Below are positions 9,019-17,167 of a stretch of DNA of 64,000 nt, in pieces (within the stretch, counting starts at the first letter, position 1; every line of letters starts with the position of its first letter). A program made the position numbers and the translations under genes. A model generated the notes under the pieces. That model was not told where the DNA came from. It did not search any database and worked only from the letters and a program-made list of their open reading frames with translations. Origin of the DNA: an uncultured Pseudomonadota bacterium. Its GTDB lineage: Bacteria > UBA10199 > JADFYH01. The DNA is taken from positions 5,988-69,987 of the forward strand of contig CAYPXN010000040.1 of assembly GCA_964414715.1 (NCBI GenBank). The letters are read 5' to 3'.

Positions 9019-11157
9019 CTAAGTCCTCCCCAAAATCCTCTTGTTCACTCCCAAATAATAACTTCTGTCTGCACGGTTGCGCAAAAACATGGGAAGATTT
9101 TCTCCAATTCTTGCTGCATCTCTCCATGTGCTTAATTCATAATGGGTCATGGTCCAGCGTTCTTCTTCGAGATAAGCCATCATTTCAGAAACGATCCTGC
9201 TGTGTCGATCCAGTGAGTAAATGACAGGGTCTGCTCCAACCTCCATTTCATCGTAATTTCCCGTCCTGTGTTTCCAGTGCTCCCATTCATGAATCAGCGC
9301 CTGCAATCGCATGACCACTTCGTCTCGAGCACGAGAAATTCCTTCGTGGGTCTGCATGTTGGGCCGAGGAATATTTTTAATTACAATCAAATCCTCAATC
9401 TCTGTTCTGGGAACAAAAAAAGCCACTCCACAGTCACTGGGGGCATGCAGGGAAGAAGCCATTTCCTGAAACTCTGCTTCATCCACAATAAGAATTTGAA
9501 AAGCATGGGAATGCCATGCCCTTTTCAAACTTTCTATATGAGGAGTAGTATTTGCTTCCAGAAGTAAAATCATTTCTTCTTCTGTAAAAGGTCTTCCTGA
9601 TTCCAGAAATGCAAAGACATTATCAAGCACTCTTCTTTTTGCTTCTTCCACCTTATGTGGATTTTTTAGAGATTCTTCCACGTCCATCATCACCGAAACC
9701 ACTTTTCTGGCCAGACGCTCATCATGGATAAAAGCAGTGGCCGAGCTTCCATTCATGAGATGAGCCACCAACTGGGGATCTATTCCATTGTTTACCATCC
9801 AAGCAATGGAGCCCAGTTTATCTTCCGAATGATCTCCTTCCGTGATTTCTTTCAGCTTGTAAGGAGAATCTTCCACTGCAAAAATTTGGCAGGCTCGTCG
9901 GAACACCAACATTCCTGCTGGACTTCGAAGGGCATAGGCGAGAACTTTATAAATATCCTTGGCCTCGTAACGTCCTCCCCTGAGCGCCTGAACAACAAGA
10001 GTAGAGTTTTTGATAAAGTCACGAAGATCCTGAAGGCTCAAACGATTCGAATAAGAAAACTCATCAAACAGCTTGTAAATTTCTGCCCGAGTGATTCCTT
10101 GCCGCATGGCCTCCAAAATTTTTCCCAAACGTTCTTGACGAAGCTGGGGAGCTTCGGAAATCCCTCGACTCAACAACTCATGCAACAACATGCGGTCAAA
10201 ACCACCTGTAGGCGTTTTATCTGCTTCGGTCGTAAAAACTTCCTGTATCCCTCGTAACACATGAAGTTGTTCCAGTGTTCCCGCTTGTGGCATGCGAGAA
10301 CAAATCTCAAGCAAGCTTGTATAATGACCCATTTTTTCAAAGGGAGTTTCCAGAGCGGTTTCAATAATTTCTTGCACATAATTGTCACGATAGGGGAGAT
10401 CGGGAAAACGCGGTTTCCATGTATCTAACCAATGTTGACGCTCGGCAGGATCCTTGAAATCAAACTCGTCTCGAGGGCTTGCAAAAACTTTCAGACCTCT
10501 TTGCATCGTTTCTTCAAAAACAAAGTCTTGCTTTGAAAGTTCCGGGCCTTGAACAAGACTCTCCATGGCTTTTGTTTCACGAGCTGATATTCCCCCGGTA
10601 ACCAGTTCTCCCAAACTCATTCCCACACCCATTGCCGTATTGGTCATTTCGGCGTGGAGATATTGCTGAGTGAGAGATCCTTCAGGAGCAAGAGTCAGGT
10701 GTAGGGCATAGCTGAGATGTTCTCCCGCCACCATTCCCGTATCCTGGATAAAATGATTGAGGAACAAATGGGAGCTGCCCAATTTCCCAAAAAGTTTCAG
10801 ATTGGCAAAGTTCAGGTAAGTGCCCAGAAATTCTTCGCGCGAAAAAACAGAGGAGAGGGAAGCGTTGTTTAAAAGAATTTGACTTCCGCGATAGGCACTC
10901 ACTTCTGTAAAAAGACCCACCAAAGGAGCCAAGACTTTGCCGGCAAGAGGAGCAATGGCATCATTGGCCAAAACAGCCGCTTTTCCAAAGCGATAAGCGA
11001 GCCCGCCTGCCATCATGGAAAGAGTGTTTCTCCAATTGCACGCCTCTTCCATGAACTGGTGATCCAGGGCATCCATTTCCCTTTGTTGGGAAGTCAAGTT
11101 GTGGGAGGAAGGCAAGGATGAGCTCACGCTCATTCTGCGATCCAAGAGGTTCATCAT
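9019..11157 (-). CDS. Hypothetical 712-aa protein with a C-terminal HExxH (HEWEH) zinc-metallopeptidase-like motif. Convergent with the giant gene. No signal peptide.
   Basis: A 2.1-kb ORF cannot be chance. The motif LIHEWEHWKH lies near the C-terminus. The stop codon is TAG. No family recognised by eye. Confidence 0.7.
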   Translation of the reverse strand: MMNLLDRRMSVSSSLPSSHNLTSQQREMDALDHQFMEEACNWRNTLSMMAGGLAYRFGKAAVLANDAIAPLAGKVLAPLVGLFTEVSAYRGSQILLNNASLSSVFSREEFLGTYLNFANLKLFGKLGSSHLFLNHFIQDTGMVAGEHLSYALHLTLAPEGSLTQQYLHAEMTNTAMGVGMSLGELVTGGISARETKAMESLVQGPELSKQDFVFEETMQRGLKVFASPRDEFDFKDPAERQHWLDTWKPRFPDLPYRDNYVQEIIETALETPFEKMGHYTSLLEICSRMPQAGTLEQLHVLRGIQEVFTTEADKTPTGGFDRMLLHELLSRGISEAPQLRQERLGKILEAMRQGITRAEIYKLFDEFSYSNRLSLQDLRDFIKNSTLVVQALRGGRYEAKDIYKVLAYALRSPAGMLVFRRACQIFAVEDSPYKLKEITEGDHSEDKLGSIAWMVNNGIDPQLVAHLMNGSSATAFIHDERLARKVVSVMMDVEESLKNPHKVEEAKRRVLDNVFAFLESGRPFTEEEMILLLEANTTPHIESLKRAWHSHAFQILIVDEAEFQEMASSLHAPSDCGVAFFVPRTEIEDLIVIKNIPRPNMQTHEGISRARDEVVMRLQALIHEWEHWKHRTGNYDEMEVGADPVIYSLDRHSRIVSEMMAYLEEERWTMTHYELSTWRDAARIGENLPMFLRNRADRSYYLGVNKRILGRT

Positions 11158-11398
11158 CGTTGTGCCCCGTATGAGCTATCATCAAAAACCGATAGCTGCC
11201 CCCGTTATGATTTTTTGAACTAAAACTTTTTCGGAGATTTTGCTCAAAAGTTGCCCTAGAAATCAGGGTTTATAAAAACTTTAATTATGACGCAGAGTGT
11301 TGAAATAAGGGCATTTTCACTGCTTTCCTATCGCAACATTTTTTGTTTGCGACCGATAACTATAAATGTATGAGGGCTATAATTTGGGAGGTTTTAAT

Positions 11399-12406
11399 AT
11401 GCAGGATAGGGGAAAAAAATTAAGTCGATGGATTTATAGTGTACTGACGGCTTTGATCTTTACTTTCGGTGCCTTCGCCTGCGGCGGGGGAGATCAAGCT
11501 CAAGTCGGCGGCATTATCGGAACGGTTTCTTTTAATACCCAAGCTTGCGTGCCTCAACAAAAAATCATCAATTTTCGTAACAGCGATACCCAAAATCCCC
11601 AACGTGTAATGGGCGTTTCCTTTGAATTGGGGACGAATGATAATGGTAATTACAAAATTGATAAAGTGGTGGTTGGCGCTACTGAATATCAACCGAGTTC
11701 AAATTTAGCACAAGATGTATTGATACCTGCCGGTGGTATCATGTCTGTATATACTACTTATACTCCTCGAGTAATTACAACAAAAACAGGCCACAATCTT
11801 AGTTATTTAGATCTGTTTTTAAATGGTCCAAAATTGGGAATTCTCCAAATAAAACTAGATGGTGAGTCGGATACGGCAAAAGAAGGTTGTTCTTCTGACA
11901 ATAAAAAAACATTCAAAGTTACCAAAGCAACTTTCATTATGAATCATCAAGATTTTACTTCAGGGCAACCTAGAGAGTTTGATCTCACAATCAAAAAAGG
12001 AGATTTAAATTTAGGCATGGGAAGTGACGGAAGTTTAACTTTAAGTGAAAGTTCAGATTTTCCTACTTTAACATTACCGCTACCTCCTGAATTGGGTGCT
12101 CCAGTGCCCGAATTAGATATTACCATGGATGCTGGAAGCTACACAGGCACACTTGATGACCAAGGAAAAATGGAGCTCCAAAATTTAAATTTAAAAGCAC
12201 TCGTTATCCCAATTCCAAATGTTACTTTAACAACTGAGCCGGCAAGTATTACTCAACCTAAGGGTAGTGTTAGTGTCGAAGGAAAGAGATTAGCTGATAA
12301 TAAAGCAACACTTGTTGCAGCTATACCAGTCCCCGACGATAGCAACTTAGCAAAACTTAAAGATGGTGCTTTTGGCTTAAAAATAGAAATTGAAGCTCAA
12401 CAATAA
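11399..12406 (+). CDS. Putative lipoprotein, paralog 1 of a tandem pair, with a conserved N-terminal domain and divergent C-terminus.
   Basis: GGGAGG RBS 8 nt upstream of the ATG at 11399. N-terminal signal peptide followed by Cys (FAC-GGG). The first ~170 residues are nearly identical to the downstream paralog. Confidence 0.75.
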   Translation: MQDRGKKLSRWIYSVLTALIFTFGAFACGGGDQAQVGGIIGTVSFNTQACVPQQKIINFRNSDTQNPQRVMGVSFELGTNDNGNYKIDKVVVGATEYQPSSNLAQDVLIPAGGIMSVYTTYTPRVITTKTGHNLSYLDLFLNGPKLGILQIKLDGESDTAKEGCSSDNKKTFKVTKATFIMNHQDFTSGQPREFDLTIKKGDLNLGMGSDGSLTLSESSDFPTLTLPLPPELGAPVPELDITMDAGSYTGTLDDQGKMELQNLNLKALVIPIPNVTLTTEPASITQPKGSVSVEGKRLADNKATLVAAIPVPDDSNLAKLKDGAFGLKIEIEAQQ

Positions 12407-12428
12407 AAACAAACAATTATAAATTGTC

Positions 12429-13448
12429 ATGGGGCACCGGAGAAATCTCATGACAAATCAAAATTCTAAATCCATTCGAACTTTATATTATTATCTGATT
12501 GCAATGTTTATTTGCACCTTTGGTGCTCTTTCTTGCGGTGGAGGAGATCAAGCTCAAGTCGGCGGCATTATCGGAACGGTTTCTTTCAATACCCAAGCCT
12601 GCGTACCCCAACAAAAAATCATCAATTTTCGTAACAGCGATACCCAAAACCCCCAACGTGTAATGGGCGTTTCCTTTGAATTGGGGACGAATGATCAAAA
12701 TAAATATAAAATTGATAAAGTGGTAGTGGGTAATACTGAATATCAGCCTTCCGCAAATTTAGCACAAAATGTATTGATCCCTGCAGGGGGCATCATGAGT
12801 GTCTATACTACTTATAAAACTACTAAAGTTACAGGCTCCTCTAACGACACTTCCTATCTCGACCTATTTTTAAATGGCCCTAAACTTGGTATTTTACAAA
12901 TCAGAATGAATGGACAAGCCCCTACTGCAAAAGAAGGCTGTGGAGAAGGGGAAACAATGACCTTTACCGTTAACAAGGCGACCATGGAAATTAGTATGCC
13001 TGGCAGTTCATTTGATGGTTTTAAAAATGAGGTAACTGCAACAGGTAATTTTGTTTTCCTAGTTGCTGGAGATGGTAGTGCTACTATTGATAAAGATGGT
13101 TTTCCAAAGTTAACCTTTGTTTCTGAAGCATTAAGATCCACTCCTGTAAACAGCAATCAACTCGAGATTAAATTGGATAACGACACCTTTACAGGTACAT
13201 TTACCGACAATAAACTATCAATCGATCATTTAAAGTTAAATGCTCTATTGCCTATTGATGGCGTCACGCTCAAATCCGAAGATCTTGCCATCACAGGTGA
13301 CAATGGTGCCTCCTTAACTCTGCATGGATCAGCTTTAACTGATTCAGGAGATATGAAAGTAGTCATAGGTGTAAAAGTACAAGGATTTAATGCTGCTTTA
13401 GACGGTGCAGCAATCGGAGTGACTTTCGAACTTAAAAAACAGAATTAA
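12429..13448 (+). CDS. Putative lipoprotein, paralog 2 of the tandem pair. Alternative start ATG at 12450.
   Basis: Signal peptide with an ALSC lipobox-like motif. The mature N-terminus (GGDQAQVGGIIGTVSFNTQACVPQQKIINFRNSDTQNPQRVMGVSFELGTND) is identical to paralog 1. Confidence 0.75.
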   Translation: MGHRRNLMTNQNSKSIRTLYYYLIAMFICTFGALSCGGGDQAQVGGIIGTVSFNTQACVPQQKIINFRNSDTQNPQRVMGVSFELGTNDQNKYKIDKVVVGNTEYQPSANLAQNVLIPAGGIMSVYTTYKTTKVTGSSNDTSYLDLFLNGPKLGILQIRMNGQAPTAKEGCGEGETMTFTVNKATMEISMPGSSFDGFKNEVTATGNFVFLVAGDGSATIDKDGFPKLTFVSEALRSTPVNSNQLEIKLDNDTFTGTFTDNKLSIDHLKLNALLPIDGVTLKSEDLAITGDNGASLTLHGSALTDSGDMKVVIGVKVQGFNAALDGAAIGVTFELKKQN

Positions 13449-13466
13449 AAAAAATTAAGATTATTT

Positions 13467-13504
13467 AAAACCCCTAATTGGAATTTCCAATTAGGGGTTT
13501 TTTA
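13467..13504. terminator. Bidirectional rho-independent terminator between convergent genes.
   Basis: aaaa-CCCCTAATTGG-aattt-CCAATTAGGGG-tttttt: perfect 11-bp stem, A-run on one side and T-run on the other. Confidence 0.8.
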
Positions 13505-13506
13505 TT

Positions 13507-14070
13507 CTATTCGCGTGGACAGCAGGCTAGAAAAATAGTTATGCTAACATTTGTTGTTGCATTTGGAGTAAGCACACTACAATACCTACCTCTAATAATA
13601 GCCTCCGAATCAGGAATGCCCCCAAAACACAATGCACCAGGAACAATAAAACTTTTTATTGCTGAACTACATGGACCCTCTAGAAACCAAGTAGGAATTG
13701 CACCATTGGTAGAAATACTACAACCTCCACTTACAGCCACTTGACCAGAGCCGCAATCTAATTCACCTGTAACACCTTGCCTGGCAGTGAAACTTCTGTG
13801 CACTTCCCTACAGCCACTCCAAAGAATCCCAGGCCCCCTCGGCCCAGCAGGCCCTTGCAAACCCATCGGACCTATTGGTCCCTGAGGCCCCTGAATTCCT
13901 TGGGGCCCACGCTCTCCCGCTCTCCCTGGAGGGCCTTGAGGACCCGGATCTCCCGTGAAGCCTCTAGGGCCTTCACTTCCATTTTCTCCTCGCGGACCTC
14001 TTTCTCCAGTACAGCTTTCTAATAACAAGCCTGCCAAAGCAACGGCTCCAATAGCAACAATGGGCAGCAT
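13507..14070 (-). CDS. Collagen-like triple-helix repeat protein (about 25 G-X-Y triplets) with an N-terminal hydrophobic anchor or signal and a Cys-rich C-terminal globular domain.
   Basis: Translation [70 protein letters not shown] 7 nt upstream of the second ATG ([10 protein letters not shown]...). The ORF track starts 11 codons earlier. Confidence 0.75.
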   Translation of the reverse strand: MLPIVAIGAVALAGLLLESCTGERGPRGENGSEGPRGFTGDPGPQGPPGRAGERGPQGIQGPQGPIGPMGLQGPAGPRGPGILWSGCREVHRSFTARQGVTGELDCGSGQVAVSGGCSISTNGAIPTWFLEGPCSSAIKSFIVPGALCFGGIPDSEAIIRGRYCSVLTPNATTNVSITIFLACCPRE

Positions 14071-14191
14071 AAATACCTCCTTGTTTGGTATCCATGTGCC
14101 CACCTAAAGTTTTACTTTCTTAAATTTTAACTCGATAAAATACAAGAAAAGTTGTTAATATTTCTCAAGCGAACACAACACGGAGCGTTAT

Positions 14192-14671
14192 ATGAAAAAG
14201 ACCTTATTCCTGATTCTTTTATTTTGTAGTCTTCCTCTTTTCGCCGCTGACAAAACGCCCGAAACCCCATCTTACAATTATTCTCCCGAACAAATTCTTT
14301 CGGAATCAAAACTCATCGCAAAAATTAAATGGGAAACTTATCCCTCCCCCCACATTATTTCCGTGCTAGTTCAAAAAGTATTTTGGGGCAGGGGAGACTG
14401 GAAAAAGGGGATTGCCGGCTGGATTGAAGGCAAGGACTATGCTTTAGATATTGCTCCGAACGGCTGGGAAAAAACTTGGGAAGGAATGGATCCCAAATAT
14501 GTACCCTTAGATAAAGAAGCCATTCTTTTTATCGATGCTTCCGGAAAACTAGTGGCCATGGGAGAAATCAAGGGAGACAAAATCATGCTCACTTGTTCTC
14601 TCACAGGGCAGAAATGCCTCATAGGCCCAAAAAATGAAATCGCAACATCTTCACTCAAGGAAATTAAATAA
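14192..14671 (+). CDS. Secreted hypothetical protein with a signal peptide.
   Basis: MKKTLFLILLFCSLPLFA signal sequence. ORF of 159 aa. No family recognised. Confidence 0.55.
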   Translation: MKKTLFLILLFCSLPLFAADKTPETPSYNYSPEQILSESKLIAKIKWETYPSPHIISVLVQKVFWGRGDWKKGIAGWIEGKDYALDIAPNGWEKTWEGMDPKYVPLDKEAILFIDASGKLVAMGEIKGDKIMLTCSLTGQKCLIGPKNEIATSSLKEIK

Positions 14672-14680
14672 ACGCTATCA

Positions 14681-14772
14681 AAGGGTTTGCTTCGTCGTCC
14701 CACAAAGTGGGACTCCTCGCAATGACTCCAGCCAGGGTCATCGCGAACCCTGCGAAGCAGGGTGTGGCGATC
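14681..14772. repeat. Palindrome-bearing repeat element, copy 1 (REP/MITE-like), 3' of the GIY-YIG gene.
   Basis: Contains hairpins GTCCCACaaaGTGGGAC, CTCGCAATGAC-n9-GTCATCGCGA and ACCCTGCgaaGCAGGGT. Shares the GGGwTTGCTTCG...CTCGCAATGAC...GTCATCGCGAnCCTG backbone with copy 2. Confidence 0.55.
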
Positions 14773-14775
14773 CCG

Positions 14776-15060
14776 TTAGTATAAGTGAGAACTTAGATCT
14801 TTCCATTCATGGTTAAGAACTTCTATTAAAGCAACTTTCTTTTTTCTGGAACCTGCCTTTATTTGTTTTTCTCTTTGGATTGCATTTTCAGGATCATCGA
14901 ATACTTCGCAGTAAACAAGTTTGTTTAAATTATACTTCTTCACAAATCCAATACTCTCTTTTGACAGATGTTCATTCAATCTGCGTGATAAGTTATTCGT
15001 AACCCCAGTATAGAGAACAGTATTTCTAGAATTTGTGAGAATATAAACGAAATATGGCAT
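14776..15060 (-). CDS. Small GIY-YIG nuclease superfamily protein (COG2827/UPF0213-like).
   Basis: Translation YFVYILTNSRNTVLYTGVTNNLSRRLNEH carries the GIY...YIG motif. Total length 94 aa. Confidence 0.8.
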   Translation of the reverse strand: MPYFVYILTNSRNTVLYTGVTNNLSRRLNEHLSKESIGFVKKYNLNKLVYCEVFDDPENAIQREKQIKAGSRKKKVALIEVLNHEWKDLSSHLY

Positions 15061-15070
15061 ATTGTTTCAA

Positions 15071-15163
15071 CGGGATTGCTTCGCTCCGCTCGCAATGACT
15101 TCAAGTGTTGTCATCGCGAGCCTGGAAAACGCAGAGATACCACAGATAACACAGATAACACAG
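15071..15163. repeat. Palindrome-bearing repeat element, copy 2, 5' of the GIY-YIG gene, plus an adjacent 9-mer tandem repeat (CACAGATAA x2.5).
   Basis: GGGATTGCTTCG...CTCGCAATGACttcaagtgttGTCATCGCGAG, in the same orientation as copy 1. Tandem 9-mer at 15141-15163. Confidence 0.5.
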
Positions 15164-15252
15164 GGATTTCTTGCTCTCCCTAACTTCCGCATGGCAGCCC
15201 GGAAGGCAGCTATGCTAGGGTTCAATCCGTTCAGGATGACAAAGCTCTGTAA

Positions 15253-15720
15253 TTAAATAGAATCCAACACTTCTTTCCAATGTCCGGCGACTTTTACTTT
15301 TGGAAAAATCTTTTTAATTTTTCCATTCGCATCAATCACAAAGGTGGAGCGGACAATGCCCATGAATTTTTTACCGTATAAACTCTTTTGCTGATAAACC
15401 CCGTAAGCCTCGGAAACTTTTTTATCGGTATCTGCCAAAAGAATGTGTTGCAGTTTGTATTTTTCCGCAAACTTTTGATGTCGAAGTTCATCGTCCAGAC
15501 TTACCCCGATGATAACAGCATTCTTTTTTTCGAATTGTTTCAGGTTTGCACTAAAATCACAGGCCTCTGTTGTACAGCCGGGAGTCATGTCTTTGGGGTA
15601 AAAATAAAGGACTACATTCTTGCCCTTAAAATCCGACGAGCTGACAGCTTTACCAGTTTGATCTTTGAGTTTAAAAGCAGGGGCCTTGTCACCTGATTCT
15701 AAAATGATTTCCTTGCTCAT
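15253..15720 (-). CDS. bcp: Peroxiredoxin Bcp/PrxQ (thiol peroxidase).
   Basis: FYPKDMTPGCTTEA active-site motif. Length 155 aa. Confidence 0.85.
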   Translation of the reverse strand: MSKEIILESGDKAPAFKLKDQTGKAVSSSDFKGKNVVLYFYPKDMTPGCTTEACDFSANLKQFEKKNAVIIGVSLDDELRHQKFAEKYKLQHILLADTDKKVSEAYGVYQQKSLYGKKFMGIVRSTFVIDANGKIKKIFPKVKVAGHWKEVLDSI

Positions 15721-16214
15721 ATGGCCGCACCTTGTTCCAAAATTTTGTCAAAATCGGCATGAAAATTTTTAAAAGCTTCTCCAACGCTTGTGTATAAAAA
15801 CAAAACAACTTGTGTTGCATCAAGTTTGCGACACCAAAGCTCCTGCTGCAATCCATCGGGAGTTTCTACACGAATCATTTGCCAATCTTTTCCAAAAAGA
15901 TTTTTAGATTGCGCAGAAGTAATGCGAGCATTGGGATAAGTTTTTTTATCGTTTAACAAATATCCTCGAATTTGGTTCAGGTAGGTTTTGGCATCCATTG
16001 GGATATCATCTGTACGTCCGGAAATGGTTAGGGCTTTTCCCAGCTTAATGGACTCCATCATGAGAAATTCTTTATCCGACATATTGGGGTTATCTTTTTT
16101 CCACTGAGCACTGGGCACCTGAAATTTTTTTCCCAAATCCTGGACGGAAATGTCTGCCCGAAGAGCAGGGGAGAGAAAAAACAAGAAGAGAAAGAAGGAT
16201 AATGTTTTTTTCAT
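15717..16214 (-). CDS. Periplasmic hypothetical protein with a signal peptide, co-transcribed with bcp and the nudix gene.
   Basis: MKKTLSFFLFLFFLSPALRA signal. 4-nt overlaps with both neighbouring genes. Confidence 0.5.
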   Translation of the reverse strand: MKKTLSFFLFLFFLSPALRADISVQDLGKKFQVPSAQWKKDNPNMSDKEFLMMESIKLGKALTISGRTDDIPMDAKTYLNQIRGYLLNDKKTYPNARITSAQSKNLFGKDWQMIRVETPDGLQQELWCRKLDATQVVLFLYTSVGEAFKNFHADFDKILEQGAAI

Positions 16215-16600
16215 GAGAGGTTTCCTTGTGAAAGATCTTCAAGGAGTTGAAGATCAGCGGCCGGAAATTCATAATTTTTTAATTCTTCAGGACTAGCCCA
16301 GGCAATTCCGGCACAATCAATTGCCTTAGGTTCTCCTGAAACAATCTCACAAAGAAAAAAATAAAGGTGCACACTCACTTCGGGATAATCATGTTGAACT
16401 TCACGATAGAGGCGGGTGGGCTTGATTTGAAGATCAATTTCTTCCTGGCATTCCCGAATAATGCAAGCTTCGGGACTTTCATTCACTTCGAGTTTCCCTC
16501 CAGGAAATTCCCAGAGATGTCCCAAATGAGAATGTTTATGACGACGGGTAATGAGATATTTTCCCTCTTTCTGGATGATGGCTGCTGCAACCTTTAGCAT
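16211..16600 (-). CDS. NUDIX hydrolase (MutT-like). The ORF track extends to 16663, but the likely start is the internal Met of MLKVAAAIIQ.
   Basis: Nudix box GKWEFPGGKLEVNESPEACIIRECQEEIDL. Confidence 0.8.
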   Translation of the reverse strand: MLKVAAAIIQKEGKYLITRRHKHSHLGHLWEFPGGKLEVNESPEACIIRECQEEIDLQIKPTRLYREVQHDYPEVSVHLYFFLCEIVSGEPKAIDCAGIAWASPEELKNYEFPAADLQLLEDLSQGNLS

Positions 16601-16682
16601 TTGAATATCATCCAAAAAGAAAAGAAAAAACCCAAGGAAAATCTTAAGAAAATGAATCTTCACTTGGGTTTTTAATTTTTTA

Positions 16683-16979
16683 TTATAAACCGCTTACCAA
16701 ACTGGAAAGTCTGGAAATCTTGCGAGAGGCGTTGCGGGCATGTAAAACGCCTTTGGATGCGGTCTTTTGAATCACGCGAGAAGCTTGTTTCAAAAGTTCT
16801 GCAGCAAGCTTCTTGTCTTTTTGAACCACTGCGTCTTTTACTTTTTTAATGTAGGTTTTTACTTCTGATTTTAAGGCCACATTGCGAGCGTGACGACGAA
16901 TGCTTTGTTTTTCACGCTTGATCTGACTTTGATGTCGACCTTTAGGTAATTTCTTTTTTGCGGAGGCTGCTTCTGCCAT
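16683..16979 (-). CDS. rpsT: 30S ribosomal protein S20.
   Basis: Basic 98-aa protein, KGRHQSQIKREKQSIRRHARN...ASKGVLHARNASRKISRL, matching the S20 family. Confidence 0.85.
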   Translation of the reverse strand: MAEAASAKKKLPKGRHQSQIKREKQSIRRHARNVALKSEVKTYIKKVKDAVVQKDKKLAAELLKQASRVIQKTASKGVLHARNASRKISRLSSLVSGL

Positions 16980-17167
16980 GGTAAATGCTTTATATTAGTC
17001 TTTATTATCATCCCTTACGGGGTGCGCATGGGTAACAAATCCTTTTATTTCTGTCAACCTCGTAAAATTGCTGGCAATTTCCCCTTATTGTGTTAGCAGC
17101 TTCCCTCTATCATCTATATTAAATGTAAGGTGCAATCCTTCAAGAAAGGGATTGCAGAACCTCTTTC

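Noticed and set aside
9268-10257. Plus-strand ORFs (9268..9567, 9724..10257, 10879..11121) overlapping the 712-aa minus-strand gene.
   Set aside because: They are shadow ORFs entirely inside a much longer, coherent opposite-strand ORF, with no RBS or recognisable protein features.
15141-15163. CACAGATAA x2.5 tandem repeat, considered as a possible CRISPR or VNTR.
   Set aside because: It has only 2.5 copies of a 9-mer, with no spacers and no cas genes. It is treated as part of the repeat element next to the GIY-YIG gene.
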